A stretch of 64,000 nt of DNA from the human T2T-CHM13v2.0 reference genome, Homo sapiens (GCF_009914755.1 NC_060930.1); one strand, 5' to 3'; shown: positions 28,490-46,811, numbered from the stretch's first letter. Numbers and translations are program-made. The notes: generated from the letters alone by a model not told the origin.

Positions 28490-30510
28490 TATTTTAAAAA
28501 TTATTAACAAGTTTACAAGGTGAAAAAATCAAAATGAAATAGAAAAATATGCTAAGCCATCTAGCTCTGAATTCTTTTACTCCATTACTTCTCCATTTGG
28601 AGGTAAACATTATTAGTTTCTTATTTACCTTTCCGGTATTTCTTATTTTGCAAGGACAAATGCAAATATTTATATTCTTGTTTTCCCCGTTTAAACACAA
28701 AAGATAACATACATAATGCATATTCCACATCAGGCTCTTTTCCCTTTACAATATACTCTGGAGCCTGTTCTATGTCAAAACATAGAGAACCTCCTCCTTC
28801 CTTTTTACAGTGGCATTGTATTCTACCGTGTAACTGTTCTATTGCATGGAACCCATTCCTTAAGTTGGCTGTTTGGTTGTTTTCAATCTTTTGCTATTAG
28901 AAATACTGCTGTGATAATGGCCACACGTAAGCATTATTTCATGCATGTGCAGATTATATGTAGAGTAAATAATGTGCAGGATTGGTTTGCTGGGTGAAAG
29001 GATAAATACACCAGTAATTTTGGTAGGTATTGCTGTTATGTGTCAATTTTCTTCCCAGAAACCTCTGTGGCCAGTAGCATCTTTGCCTGAGTTCTTGTCC
29101 TGCATCCAGGAAGAATGAGGTATGCAGACAAGTGAAGGGTGAACAAGATGAAGAGGAGCTTCATCTAGTGTTAGAGCAGCTCAGAGGAGACCGACAGTGG
29201 GTAGCTCAGGTAGCTCCTCTTTGTAGGCAGGTCGTCTTGTGGAGTGTTCAGTTCTCAGCAGAGAGAAGGCCCTGGAGAGGGTGGTTTCTCTCCAAAGGCA
29301 GGTCGTTGAGACATCTCTGCAGGTCTCTGACGCTTTCAGCAGAAAGGGTAACTCCTCTCTGCAGCTAGTCATCCTTTCCCCTCTCCACCCTCTGCCCTCC
29401 GGCTGCTTCTTCGGCTGAGCCCAGCAGTTTTTATGGACCTCAGAGTGGAGGAAGTGTGTGCTGGCTGATTGGTCCGTGGGCAGGCCTGGAGGAGGCACCA
29501 AAAGTCCCCACCCTTTTGGCGGGACTGGCAGCCCAGCCCCCAGCCTTACCAGGGACCTGCCCCCTTTCGCCCAGGAATCAATCGGCCTCATGCTGCCATT
29601 CATGGCTCTGGAGCTTGGCCTCAACCCTCTCCCAGATTGGAGCAGGTGCTGGGAGGGGAGAGAAGCCAAGCAGCCGGAGGAGACACCCACAAGCCTGCAA
29701 GGAATGGGGGGCCCTTCCCGGGCCCCTGAGTGTGCAGGCTGCAGAGATACCCCGGTCCTGTACCTGGGAGAGCGGCAGCAGCTACACCGGAGGAGCTCCC
29801 GCCCTAACTGGGAAGGGGCGGAGCTCCCGCTTGTCCCTGGCTCCTGCCTGCTCCGTGGAGTAAGAGGCCCAGGTCTGCAGCCATGGGTCGGGCAGCTGCA
29901 GCTGCGCCCAGGAGGGCAGATCCTACCTGCTCCCTGACCCCCCGAAGAGCACAGGGAGGCTCAGATCCACAGCCTTAGAGCAGGAGGCCTGGGTCTGCAG
30001 CCGGGTTGGGTGGGCTGCAGTGGCACCCGGGGTGCTCCTGCCCCAACTCGAAAGGGGTGGGGCTCCCACCGGCTCCATGGAGTGTGCAGCCCCAGCCGTG
30101 CCTTTCTGCTGCAGCTGGCTGATGATAGCGGCTGCTGCCATCCTTGCATATTACCCGTCCTGTGGCCTATATCATTTTACATTTGCATCAACAAAATAAC
30201 GTCCATTTCTCCACAGCCTCACCAGTAATGTCTCACTTTTAGTTGGGAGTTAAGAGATGGTAATGTTGTTTCAATGTGCATCTTTCTGATTTTGAGTAAC
30301 GTTGAATATCTTTTCATGTGATTAAGGACCATTTTTTTTCCTGAGTGAACTCTGTTCATGTTCCTTGCCCATTTTCCATGGGATGCCTAATCTTCCTGTT
30401 ATCTATATGCATTTTATTAGGGAGATTAGCCATATTTATCTGTGATATATGTTGCAAGTATTTCCCTAAATTTGTTATTTGTCTTCTGACTTTCCACACG
30501 GTGTTCTTAG
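28490..30510 (-). mobile_element. Old L1ME 3' fragment split by MER52
   Basis: TTTGGTTGTTTTCAATCTTTTGCTATT, TTTCTCCACAGCCTCACCA and TTGAATATCTTTTCATGTG. Confidence 0.75.
29034..30143 (-). mobile_element. MER52-family solo LTR (ERV1), GC-rich
   Basis: 4-bp TSD TTGC; minus strand begins GATGGCAGCAGCCG...GCTGCACACTCCATGGAGCCGGTGGGAGCCCC and ends TAACA. Confidence 0.88.
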
Positions 30511-31222
30511 ATACTGTTAAGACACTAGTATCAGAGAAGGCAGGTCCCGCATCTCTTTTGCTGCCATTATGTCCCCAAAGCCATTATGTTTCTCCATCTA
30601 CAAAAAAAGAAAAAGTGACACTTGTTACTGTTGGTGTCTAAAGCCCTCTTCAACTCTGAAAATCTATGCTGCTGCTTCCCATTCTTATGTTTGGTTTACT
30701 CAGGTTTTCTGCCTTCCCCTCCCTCTGTCGCTGAGCTTGGGCATGGGGGTGGTGCTTACACATGGGGCTATGTGGTGGCTAGCCCCCACATAGTGTTACA
30801 TGAGAAGTGCCTGGAAGGGCTCTCTCCCCTGAGTACCCCACCTCATTGTCATTCGGCATGTCACCATTAGGAATGCGTTCTCTTTTCTCCACCCGCACTG
30901 CCTTTATTTAGGTCTTCTCTGCCTCTTGTCTGGATTTGGGCCAGTCTCCAAGTTTGTCTTCATGGGTCCTATGTATTCAACCCCCAGATGACATTTCTTA
31001 TAGACTAGCCCTGCTCAGGATATTTTTCCCATCTCTTCCTTGTATTGCCTATTGCTTTTATTACTAAAGTGCTAGGGCCCTCCATGATAAGTCTCAAACT
31101 ATACCTTCAAGGGGGTGTCCCATTACCCTCCTGGATAGCCTCTGCCCCATCACACAGACTACTCACCATCATCCACCTCTATGCTCAGCTGGTTCTTCTG
31201 CCATGCCCATCTTCTATCCAGG

Positions 31223-31583
31223 TGTATTAGATCATTTTCATGCTGCTGATAAAGACGTACCTGAGACGGGGAAGAAGAAGAGGTTTAATGGACTTGTAGT
31301 TCCACGTGACTGGGGAGGCCTCACAATCATGGCGGAAGGCAAGGAGGAGCAGGTCACATCTTACATGGATGGTGGCAGGCAAAGAGAGAGCTTGTGCAGG
31401 AAAACTCCCCCTTACATAACCATCAGATCTCGTTAAACTTATTTACTATCACGAGAACAGCACAGGAAAGACCTGCTTCCATAATTCAATCACCTCCCAC
31501 TGGGGTTCCTCCCACAACACATGGGAAATATGGGAGTTACAATTCAAGATGAGATTTGGGTGGGGCACAGCCAAACTATATCA
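31223..31583 (-). mobile_element. THE1 (THE1B-like) MaLR solo LTR
   Basis: TGTATTAG...CAAACTATATCA; 5-bp TSD CCAGG. Confidence 0.95.
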
Positions 31584-32479
31584 CCAGGCCCAATTCTACC
31601 TGAAAAATATTGCCCATTTCTCACCATCTTCCTCCCAAACTGGAGTAAGACTCTGCTTTCCAAGGGCCCTTAATAGTTTGAATAAAAGATCATATTGTGT
31701 ATTTTTTTCTTGGAAGATGCATGGCTCCCTATCTACCAGAGTAGAGTCTCTTTGAGGGAAAAAAAATGTATTCTTTATAATCCTTATAAAGTTCGGCAAG
31801 AATTCATCCCTAAGGCATTTATTGACTAGAATCAAAGTGACGCTCACTCCTGGGAAATTGAATTTTAATTTAATTTGCACAGTGCTCCTGGGATGAGTAG
31901 CAAGTTAAGTCTTAAGTAGATAGGATTTAATTAGTTTAGTGATTCATTTTTTTCTTACATGAGTGTACACTCCTGTGTAGGTGTGAAAACATTAGTGTAC
32001 ACCTCTGTGTAGGGGCGTGTGTGTAAACAAATGTGCATGCACCATCACATTCTGGTAGAAGGGGAATAATGTCAAAAAAAAAAAAAGGGGAAAATGTGTA
32101 GCAGTTACCACAAAGGCACTGAAGGAGCATATTTACTTTATGGTTTCACCAAAGACTAATTCTGCTCATTCTTGAAACAGCCTACCCCATTATTCTATCA
32201 AATTATATGTTTTCTGTCTGTTTACTTTTGGATAAAATTTATCCATGAAAACTTTTTTAGTTAACCCATAACCCCCAACTACCTTATATCACCCTGATAG
32301 GTTAACACAGCTCTGCACAGATGTGTTAAGACATGAATGAAGCAGTTCAATGTGATTTATCTCCTATTCAGATTGTCCTTCCTGGGATAGTACTTCCTAA
32401 TTTAATGTTGAAGTCTTTCTATAAAAATTGTTCATAAATATTTGAAAGTGAAAGAATTCTCCAGATATTTGATCTGGGA

Positions 32480-32960
32480 CAGTTCCCAGTGATCTTACAC
32501 AACACTCTCATTTAGCTCTGCCCATGACTACCTGGAATAAAGGTTACGTTTTTCAAGCTTCCCTTGCAGCTAGGAATGTCCATGTGACTAAGTTCTGGTC
32601 AATGAAATGTAAACAGAAGTGTCACGTATAAGTTCCAAAAATGGTCTTTAAAGCATGAGGGCAATGTGTTTCGGACCCTTTTTTTTTTTTTTTTTCCCCA
32701 TTGAGAGGGAATTGAGAGGGTTGTTGACATAATAGATGAAGCTCCAGCAGCCATCTTAGCCCATGAGGTAAAAATCTGGCACTAAAAATGGCAATACCAG
32801 CAAGATAGAATGGGCCTGAGTTGATGATGACTTTCTGAACATGCCTACTGGACTACCTACCTCCAGTTTTCTTTTGCAGGAAAGAGAAACAAGACTTCTA
32901 TCTTATTTAGTCCTTTGTTTATGGTTTCTTTATTCACAGCTTAACTAAATCCTGATTGAA
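32480..32960 (+). mobile_element. LTR33-like ERVL LTR (old)
   Basis: TCCCTTGCAGCTAGG, CATGTGACTAAGTTCTGGTCAATGA and GCTCCAGCAGCCATCTT. Confidence 0.7.
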
Positions 32961-33499
32961 TATAGCCATAGAGAGGGCAGGGCTTGAAGAACGGCAGAGA
33001 GCCCTCAAATGAGACCCTAAATGATGCTCTGTCTGGAATTTTAAAAAATCCTTAAAAAGAAGAGGAAGAAGATCAAAATGATGTGCTACAGGGTATGTTC
33101 CCTGCTCCTTGGTGAGAGCAGGAATGTCAATTGCATTATGTGCTGGAAACGTCACAGTCAGCATTGATGGGCCTCTCAGGCCAGTGTCCATAAGACACTG
33201 GATGGACAGGAAGTACCAGAGGACGACAGCATGAGCAAGGAAGCCACGGAGCGTTAAAGAGGCTGGACTGTAATGAATGCTGGCTGTCGCTAGCTGGGCT
33301 TAAAACATGCGAGACATGGGATTTGGTGGCATGGTGTCTTCATTTCTCAACCATGGAATTAATTTTCATTTATGGTAATGAGCATATTAAAATAACTTGG
33401 TAGTAATTCCATCCCTTCTTATTTAAGCTATTCCCAGTCTGGCATCATTCCACAAAGCAAACTACTTGAGGAAGTTCTTGCCAGGAATGCAGTGACAAG

Positions 33500-33630
33500 G
33501 GCATTACACAATGGTAGAGAAACCAAGGTCCAGAAAGGAAAGGGATTTGCCTTAAACCGCCCAGCTAGTTAGTTACTCTCAGGGCTGGGTTTGAACTCTG
33601 GTTTCTTGAGGCTTCTGGGCCAGCCTGTCT
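33500..33630 (-). mobile_element. MIR fragment
   Basis: GAAACCAAGGTCCAGAAAGGAAAGGGATTTGCC...CAGCTAGTTAG. Confidence 0.6.
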
Positions 33631-34070
33631 TTCCCCAGAATCCCCTTTTATCTGCCCGTACAATCCACTGTCAATCAGGAAAATTGGTTGTGCTCTGGAA
33701 AACTGGGCTGAACTGAAATGAAATATTCATCTTTACCATAAGATCAAGAGTAATCAAACTCAGAGCTTTCATATCAAGAGAAAAATCCGAGAAAAATTTA
33801 GCTTTCAAAATGTTTGCAAAAACAATTATTTCAAGTTGTGTCTTTCTGACTGTAAAAAACAAGGTTTTGCATGAGATAATTTGTTGATAAAGCATTTGTG
33901 TGCAGAGAAGTGCGGTGCCCACGCAAGAAAACACTCTAGTGTCTTTTTTATGGGGTTCGAAATCTCCAAGTACCAAGAGTGGATGGGTGGACCAATTACA
34001 ATGCCAGTTATAAAATGGATAATAAAATGAAAAAATAAGTTTGATTAACATTTTCTTTGGTACTAGATGA

Positions 34071-34743
<673 letters not shown>

Positions 34744-34964
34744 CAGTATTGCTATTTTTAAAAAGCCCTCAATACGCTATTTCTTTCTATTAAATCTTTC
34801 AGTATGTTCCTTACTCGTTACAAATTTCTAACATCTGTATTTGTATAAAAGTGCCGAATGTAAGCTGGAGATAATGATAAATCCTTACATAATGGGAGAT
34901 GTGCCTTTTCACAGGCTCTCTTCCCCCACTGTTTTGTGCAAATCACCTATCTTGGAATCTCAAG

Positions 34965-35090
34965 TTTTTTAACATTGAAAGAAACCTCTTACTTCAATAT
35001 ATAAATAATCCAATCCCCTCACTTACAAATGAGAAAAAATGAGGTCCCAAGAGAAGAAAGATTGTGCCTAAGGTCACAAAGCTAATAAGT
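34965..35090 (-). mobile_element. MIR fragment
   Basis: TTACAAATGAGAAAAAATGAGGTCCCAAGAG...CCTAAGGTCACA. Confidence 0.65.
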
Positions 35091-35838
35091 ATCTCTTCAC
35101 TTCCCTTCATGTCTTAATAGTTATCTCTTCAGTTCCCTTCGTGTCTTTGCAGAACAGATCAAAAAGATTTTTCTTCCCCTCTGTTTTCTCACCCACCAAG
35201 CAGTCCAGACGAGGTCCCAAGCTTGGAGAGATAAATATGGTACAATAAAGTACTACCATATACAATGTATCAAAGAACTTCTTTTTTTTTTTACTCTGAA
35301 GGAACAAAGTGTGTCATAAACATTCATTCTGAGCAGTTTTGTTGTCCACTTTTTATGTATGGGCTGAACTGCCTGTTCTTTGCCCCAAGATGTGTATGTG
35401 AAAATGTCACATGTTCACAGTTTATTGGTAGCATTTCAGAGTAGAAGTGGGCCTTGCTAACACAACCAAGCTTCTGTGCACCCTGGGGTGGATGCAGCTG
35501 CTGTTCCCAGGTGTCAATGAAGCCCAAAGCAATTGGAGACATTGGTCTAAGGCTGGAAGAAGGTTTCTGAGAGGAGCCAACATCCTAATTTGAGGTCTGC
35601 TGAATATCTGTGCTGGCTGTTGCTCTGAGCACACTGCTGCATGCCTGCAGGCCCCTGATAAACTCAGTATTAGTTCCAACATCTCTTACAGATACCACAC
35701 AGGACAACCCCAAAAGGGCAGTAAATACTTACCACACACACACAAAAAAAGCCACGGTTCTAAGAAAAAGAGACTGAGATTATAGCTACCGTGCTACCTC
35801 TAACTGGGTAATATTTCCCCCATCCACCTGTATTTTCA

Positions 35839-36548
<710 letters not shown>

Positions 36549-37307
36549 TAAAACAATTAATGAAATAGCATGCTTTGTGGGGAGGGAGAAAGATAATCAC
36601 ATGTTAATTTAACTAGGAGGTGATAAAATCCACATCTTCTATGCATAATTTATCTGACCTACTACCGACAGCATAACTAGTATATAAAATATCAAAGCTT
36701 TATTTGATGCTTTCCTGGGAATTCACTATTTTACCTTCGTTGAAACTGATTAGAATATAGTACCTTTTACTGTCCTTTTAGAACATTTAGAATGAGAAGT
36801 GAGCTTGCTTTCCTAGTTTCAATTCAGAAAACTACAAGAAGTGTTTATGTAGCAGCAGCTCAGTATACATGACCCTGTGCTTAGAGATATTGGGATTAAA
36901 GCTTGGACTTCCATGATTCTTGGAGTCCATTTTAGGCATCATGTAATTCATACAAATGCCCTGTGGAGCACCTACTCGGGACCAGGTAAAGCAGGCTATT
37001 TTTACATTAGTATTTTGAGATTGCCACCTGGTAACTGTCACCTTTACTTCCTTCAGAGAAAATTTAAAAAACAAACAAACAACAACAACAAAAAAAACGG
37101 AACTCTTGTCACTGGTGTTTAATGAAGACTAATAGAAACTGATTTTCATGCAGAACAAAGAACCTAATTGGTTCCACAGTTACACAGCACTCCTAAGAAA
37201 CAAACCATAGGGACTTCTAGCTAAACATGGCAAATTAAAAATATCTGTATCTATATCTATATGTATATTTCCAATCCTTCTCAAAGTCCCCCTAAGATGA
37301 CAGTCAG

Positions 37308-37793
37308 TGGTATAGTTTGGATATTTGTCCCCCCGAATCTCATGTTAAAATGCAATCCCCAATTCTGGAGGTGAGGCAGGCAGATCACTTGAAGTTAGGA
37401 GTTCGAGACCAGGTTGGCCAACATGGTGAAACCCCGTCTCTACTAAAAATACAAAAATTAACATGATCCAGTTGGGTCATGGGGGTGGATCCCTCATGGC
37501 TGGGTGCTGTCCTTACAATACTGAGTGAGTTCTTGTGAGATCTGGTGGTTTATAAGTGTGTGGCACCTCCCCCTACTCTCTTTGTTGCTCCTGCTCTTCC
37601 GGTGCGATATACAGCTCCCCTTTGCTTTCCATCAGGATTGTAAGTTTCCTGAGGCCTTCCCAGAAGCCGAGTAGATGCCAGCACCATACTTCCTATAAAA
37701 CCTGCAGAACCATGAGCCAATCAAACCTCTTTTCTTTATAAATTACCCAGTCTCAGGTATATCTTTATACCAATGCAAGAACAGCCTAACACA
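37308..37793 (+). mobile_element. MSTB-like MaLR solo LTR
   Basis: TGGTATAGTTTGGAT...GCCTAACACA; collinear with the copy at 13348. Confidence 0.92.
37367..37462 (+). mobile_element. Internal Alu left-arm fragment inside the MST LTR
   Basis: GAGGCAGGCAGATCACTTG...CTACTAAAAATACAAAAATT with no right arm, tail or TSD. Confidence 0.92.
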
Positions 37794-38033
37794 ATTAGAG
37801 TTAGGCTAACTCTAACACAAAATACACTCAACTGGGACTCTAGGAAAAAAAGAGGAAATACCAGTATTTCAAAAGCTACCTTGCAGCAGGACGGGCAATA
37901 ACTGACTTGCTAGACAGGAGAAGTAAAGCCAAACATCAGCTTGAACGGAGCCATAGAACCCTGGAGAGTGTCAGCAATAGAGGCACCAGCTGCCTCCGAA
38001 CCAGTGTGGGCAAGATTGAAAATAGGAAGAGTA

Positions 38034-38403
<370 letters not shown>

Positions 38404-38876
38404 CTACTATCCCCCCTTCTGCAGTTACCACGGGACTGGAGGTTTATTCTCAAAAGAGGTTGATTGAGAACGTTCTGGACTGGGGAATACTGGGCGCAGC
38501 TGAGGGCACTGGTGTCAACTGGAAACTAGAGAGACTGGGGGGGGGGGCACCTCCAAACCAAATAGTGGCATCACCAGCACCAACTTCCTCTTGTCCCTAG
38601 GATGCTGGCAGCCAGGCTTGCAGAGGAATTGGCAGGGGAAGAGGGGAAGAGGGAATTCTTCTTTGAGTAAACTGATCAGCTGAAGAGAAAGTATCTGTAG
38701 ATACCGTGGTAAACAATAATGTTCATGTTCTAATCTCTGAAACCAGTGAGTATGTTAGCTTAGATGCAAAGGGGAATTAAGGTGGCAGATGGATTAAAGT
38801 TGTTAACTAGCTGCTCTTGACATAGGGAGAGTATTTTAGGTTATCTGAGAGGCTCAGTGTAATCACAAAGCTTCTT

Positions 38877-39500
<624 letters not shown>

Positions 39501-39606
39501 AAAAATGGAAGAGAGAAGCAGGAGAGACAGGCAGTGTCATGTGATGTGAGAAAGTCTTGGCCTTTTGTTGCTGGCTTTGAAGATGAAGGTAGATGGTCAA
39601 AAGTCA

Positions 39607-39916
<310 letters not shown>

Positions 39917-40408
39917 GTCAAGTCAAGGAGTATAGGTGGCTTCTTCAGGCTGGAAGAAGAAAGAAAATGGATTATTCCCTGGAGGCTCCAGAAAGGAATG
40001 CAGCCCAGTCAACATCCTAATTTTAGCCCAGCAAGTCTATATCAGACTTCTGATCTCCACGACAGTTGGATAATAAGCTTGTGTTTTAAGCCACCAGGTT
40101 TGTGGTGATTTGTTACTGCTGCAAAGGAAAATTAATGCAGACACTGGGAGGGACCCGACAAAATACTCAATCACCCTGCAACGAATCTCAGCACTTGCAA
40201 ATCCCACTTTTATACTCTGGACTACCATAGCTTTTTGGGACAGGCATTCAAAATGGACAGCCAAGGAGCAACAGATATTTGAGGGAAATCTCTAATACAA
40301 AAGGTAAAATCCAAAATCAATAACCATATCAGAGAGAAGAAACCATACAGGGAGCAGGGAAAAAAATGTAAAAAACAACAACAACAACCCACAAAAACCC
40401 CTCAGGGA

Positions 40409-40710
40409 GGCCATGTGCGGTGGCTCACGCCTGTAATGCCAGCACTTTGGAGGCTGAGGCAGGTGGATCACTTGAGGTCAGGAGTTCGAGACCAGCCTGG
40501 CCGACATGGTGAAACCCTGTCTCTACTAAAAATACAAAAATTAGCCGGGTGTGGTGGTACACGCCTGTAATCCCAGCTACTTGGTAGGCTGAGGCAGGAG
40601 AATCGCTTGAACATGGGAGGGGACGTTACAGTGAGCAGAGATGGCGCCACTGCACTCCAGCCTGGGCAACAGAGTGAGACCCCACCTCAAAAAAAACAAA
40701 AAAACAAGAA
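40409..40710 (+). mobile_element. AluS
   Basis: Dimeric Alu with A/C-rich tail. Confidence 0.96.
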
Positions 40711-40846
40711 GCATAAACAAACACAAAACCCCAAACAAACTAAAAAAAAAAAACAAAACCCTTTACAGAGATAAAAGGTATTGCATCTGTTAAGCAAGAA
40801 CAGATTGCTCTTAAAAAGAAATATTCAGAAGACTTAAAGAGCTCTT

Positions 40847-41130
40847 GGCCAGGCGTGGTGGCTCACACCTACAATCCCAGCACTTTGGGAAGCTGAGGCG
40901 GGCAGATTGCTCAAGTCCAGGAGTTCGAGACCAGCCTGGGCAATATAGCGAGACTCCTGCCTCTACAAAAAATACCAAAAATGTCAGCCAGGTGAGGTTG
41001 TAGTCCCAGCTACTCTGGAGGCTGAGGCAGGAGAATCGCCTGAGCCCAGGAAGATCGAGGCTGCAGTGAGTCATGATTGCACCACTGCACTCCAGCCTAG
41101 GTGATAGAGTGAGACCCTGTCTCAAAAAAA
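40847..41130 (+). mobile_element. AluJ
   Basis: GATCGAGGCTGCAGTGAG; GGGCAATATAGCGAGAC. Confidence 0.95.
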
Positions 41131-41307
41131 GAGAGCTTTTATAATTTAAAAATATAATAGAATAAATAAATATTAAATAGAGAGGCAGAAGAAAAAGTTT
41201 TAAAAATTCCCCCAAAGCAAAACAAAACAAAATAAATAGTTTTAGAATATGAAAAAAAAGATAATAAAATTAGGGTATTCATAAAGGATATTTAATAGAA
41301 GTCCCAT

Positions 41308-41659
<352 letters not shown>

Positions 41660-41717
41660 GGAGTCCCGGAATAAAGTAGAAAAATTATCAGATTGAGTCA
41701 ATGTCCCTACAATGTGA

Positions 41718-41964
<247 letters not shown>

Positions 41965-42705
41965 GCGTCTTTTTTCAGAAGTCCAATAATAAAGAGATGA
42001 AGGATCAGCCCTCAGAGGTCTCAAAAAGAATATCGGAAGGCAGAAGAGCAATGCCTTAAGAACTTTGAAGAAAGTAATTTCCACCGTGGAACCCCCACGC
42101 AGGCTGTCAAACAAGTCTGCAAGTGAGATAAGCATTTTCAGACACTCAAGGTCTCAAAAAATTGCCTCCTATGCATCTTTCCCAGGAATCTATTAATGCT
42201 AGAAGATTCGCTCCTCCAAGATGAGAAAATTCAGAAAGAAGTTGCTATGAGCCAAGAAACAGGGCATTCTCAGAGTGATTACTATGTAGCAGGCCCGAAG
42301 AACACCCTGTCTGGATTAGGGACAGAGGGCCCCAGAATGCACTTCTGTATCTAGGGGGGTGATGGTGCAAAGAAACTGATAATTCATTTGTTGTCCTTGT
42401 TCTTAGCAAATGAATACTTACTGCAGAGTGTGGAGCTGAATTAGTGGTAAATACATAACAAAAACTAAGCAAACAACTCGAAACAAGACAACTATTTGCT
42501 CTGAGGATCGCAGCAGAAATCCCTATATAAGAAAAAAAAATCCTAGTTCACTTATGAGGCTTAGTTATAAATAAAGCCCTATCCTTTTAATAGGGTAAGT
42601 AGGAAATATTGATTTAACTCAAATCGGTGATATCTGATTTTGTAGCTATATAAAGAGAATGGCGGTTATGGGATATGCAGATGAGTGTATCTATTATTTG
42701 TGTGA

Positions 42706-43592
<887 letters not shown>

Positions 43593-44236
43593 TAAAAAAT
43601 GATGCCACACAGTAGTCGCATGTTAGTTAGACACATGGAAACAAAAACAGTGATGAGATTTTTAAGTGGATAATCCAAGGAGTAGAAACGAAGGGTCAGG
43701 AGGGATTGCAGCGGTGGGCTGTAATTTTTCATTATAGGGCTTGTAGAATTGTTTGATTTTTAAAAATTATGTACACATTTCATTTTGATAAAATAGCAAA
43801 TTAAGTGGAAACCAAAAAAATAAATAAATGAACTTTCAAGTGACTGGTAGGCAGCTGGTGCACAGCATCTGCCACCACCAGCAATAGTCATGTGTTCGAC
43901 ACATGCCCTGGTGGCAAGAGGAATTTCCAGCTGAGACATTGCCATAACCAACTCAGTTTTCCCTTTTGATTAGTATTCATCCTTCATGCCTGCATGCTTG
44001 TGGTTAGCACACAAACTGAAAAAAAAAGTGCATGGAAAAGTTGGATCCAGAGTCTCAGACACTGCAGGTGTTCTCCGAGTTGTTAGTCTCCATTCTAATA
44101 CAGTCCAATAAGGACCACAAACATCAAACATAATGGAGAACTGCCTGCAACCAAAGCCAGGGCATGGAAAAATTGCTCATTAAAAATTATTCTGCGGTTA
44201 CAGTTTTGAACTGGCATGGATAAAAAGTGGAGCAGA

Positions 44237-44654
<418 letters not shown>

Positions 44655-44792
44655 TTAAATGTATTTTCTCTTTGAAATGATCACTTTCAAGTGTGTTTAT
44701 TAAATTCTGTCTCCCATGTTAGGTTGACAGGAAGTATGTAGTATTTGGGAAAAGGCACAGGAGGCAAAAATAAGATACTAGATATCAAGGGA

Positions 44793-45105
44793 TGTGTTGG
44801 ATTACTCAGGACAGGCTAGGATATGCCACAATAAAGAAAAACACCAAACCTCTGTGACTTAACGTTTCCCACCGCATATGCAAAGTGGGTCTGCAGAGGG
44901 CCTCTGATGATCTAAGTACCTCAAAGTTCTAGAGTGGTGCATATTGCCATGATCAGTTCCTCTCAAAGCTGACTCAAAGCGATGTGTCTCACTTCTGCTC
45001 ATATTTCATTAGTCAAAGCCATTCATGTGGTCATGTCTAAATTTAAAAAGGTGAAAGAAGGCAATGTTATCCAGAAAGAGAGCTGGAATACTTGTGAACT
45101 CTTCC
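44793..45105 (-). mobile_element. Old MLT1 (J/K-like) LTR
   Basis: TCACTTCTGCTCATATTTCATTAGTCAAAGC...CATGTGGTCATGTCTAA. Confidence 0.7.
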
Positions 45106-46604
45106 AACTCAATCCAGTATTCCCTCTGCTCTAAAACATAGCTATATAGCACATAGAATATAAATTAGTTACGTTTATTTTTATCCAAAGTATACTTTTC
45201 CTAGATATGTCTTACTCCAGAAAATTATTATCCTTTAAAGGCAGATGATGAATCTGGCTAGAGGAGGAGGGCCTGGAAGGTTATATGAGGTACTAAAGTT
45301 ATGTAAAGTGATGTGGTTTCCTTTTTCTCTTCCTGTGGTTGAATGATGTAGCACACTATTTGCAGACCAATCCTGGTCTTCCTTAAGTGGTTTCTATAAC
45401 AAGATAATTTTCTTTCACCAATCACTAACCAATTTATTTTCACTTCCAAGTGGAGCCTTATTTGTGCCTCAATTTTAGAGATTGTGAGTTTAAAAGAACA
45501 CCACCTTCTGCCTGTTTAAGAAATAACCCAAGGTGCCCTGGAAATAAAAATGCAAATGCACGAATGGGAAAGCTTTATTTAGCTAAATCTCAAAGCAACA
45601 GTTGTGCTTTGAGAAGAAGTTAAGGGAAGAGGAGTGGCAGGACTGGACATTCAAAGAAGGATAATTTTCAGAATGAGATAGTGTGGAGTGGAGGAGGAAT
45701 AGAGATTTCCATCCCTGGGCACGAAATAAGGAAACGTATTTTTCTGCAGTTATTTGTGAAGAACTTCAGTGATAAGCACTGTGCTTCTCCTTAAATAAAG
45801 ACTGAAACAGAGAAGTAGCAGTTCCAAATACTTAGCCAAAGTTCCCAAAACCTTTGATCCAACAATTCTAAATACTTAGTGCATCAAATCCAACTACAGT
45901 CACAACTCTGTGCTAAAACTCAAGCAACAAGAAAGCTGAAATAATCAGAACTCTTTATTACCTTGGAATAAGAAAAAGCACATGGCAAATAAACCAGTTG
46001 AAATCGGGCACACCTTCAAAAGAAAAGCAATTCCCAGGGTGTTACAGGGTCAGGACCGCCTTTAGCCAATTTCTCAACTTTTTTAAAACACATGTTATGC
46101 TCAGGCAGAAATAAACTTCATTGAAATGAATTACTGTCTTAACTTTGTTCAGTTTGAACTTCAACATCTTTATGATGGAAGGTACCAACTAATCTGAATG
46201 GTAACTACAAGGCCCTTAACATAGGACTTAATGAGATTTGTTGTGTATATTTGTGGTGACTCCTCAAACTCAGGAGTGTGTGCCACAAGGTATAAGCCAC
46301 TGATTAATTGTCTGAGAGCACCTCAGTTCTTCCTCACTGACATGCTGGTGACACATCACTGTCAGAGTCCGAAAAAGTGGCCTGAGCTGGTCTGCTCCGA
46401 ATTCTCTTCTCTTCTTCCATGTTCTTTGTTTCATGCGCCATGCCTGGGATGCGTCTGGCCCCAGGTCCTTTATGTTGCAGATAGCAATGTATTGATTATA
46501 GATTACTAGATTATATATATTCCTTTACAGAGATATAGATGTGTAGATTATTTACTTATTCACATTAAGGTCTTTTGAAATTGTATTAATCAATTTCTGC
46601 AGAC

Positions 46605-46804
46605 CACGGTTTCTCAACATTGGTACTATTACATTTTTAGTAGGCAATTCTTTGTTATGGGGGGAAGGCTGTCCTGTACGTTATAAGATGTTTTAGTAAA
46701 CATCCCAGGCCTCTACCAACTAGATGCCAATAAAACATCTTCCCTCACTTGTGACTACCAAATATCCCCTTTGGGGCTAAATTGCCCCCATTTCAGAACA
46801 ACTA
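46605..46804 (-). mobile_element. MER20 (hAT-Charlie)
   Basis: GGTTTCTCAAC, GGCTGTCCTGT, CATCCCAGGCCTCTACCAACTAGATGCCA and GAACAACT. Confidence 0.9.
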
Positions 46805-46811
46805 GGCTACC

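Noticed and set aside
29132-30228. Cluster of long overlapping ORFs (up to 169 aa) and CpG-island-like composition
   Set aside because: Lies almost entirely within the GC-rich MER52 LTR, where stop codons are scarce
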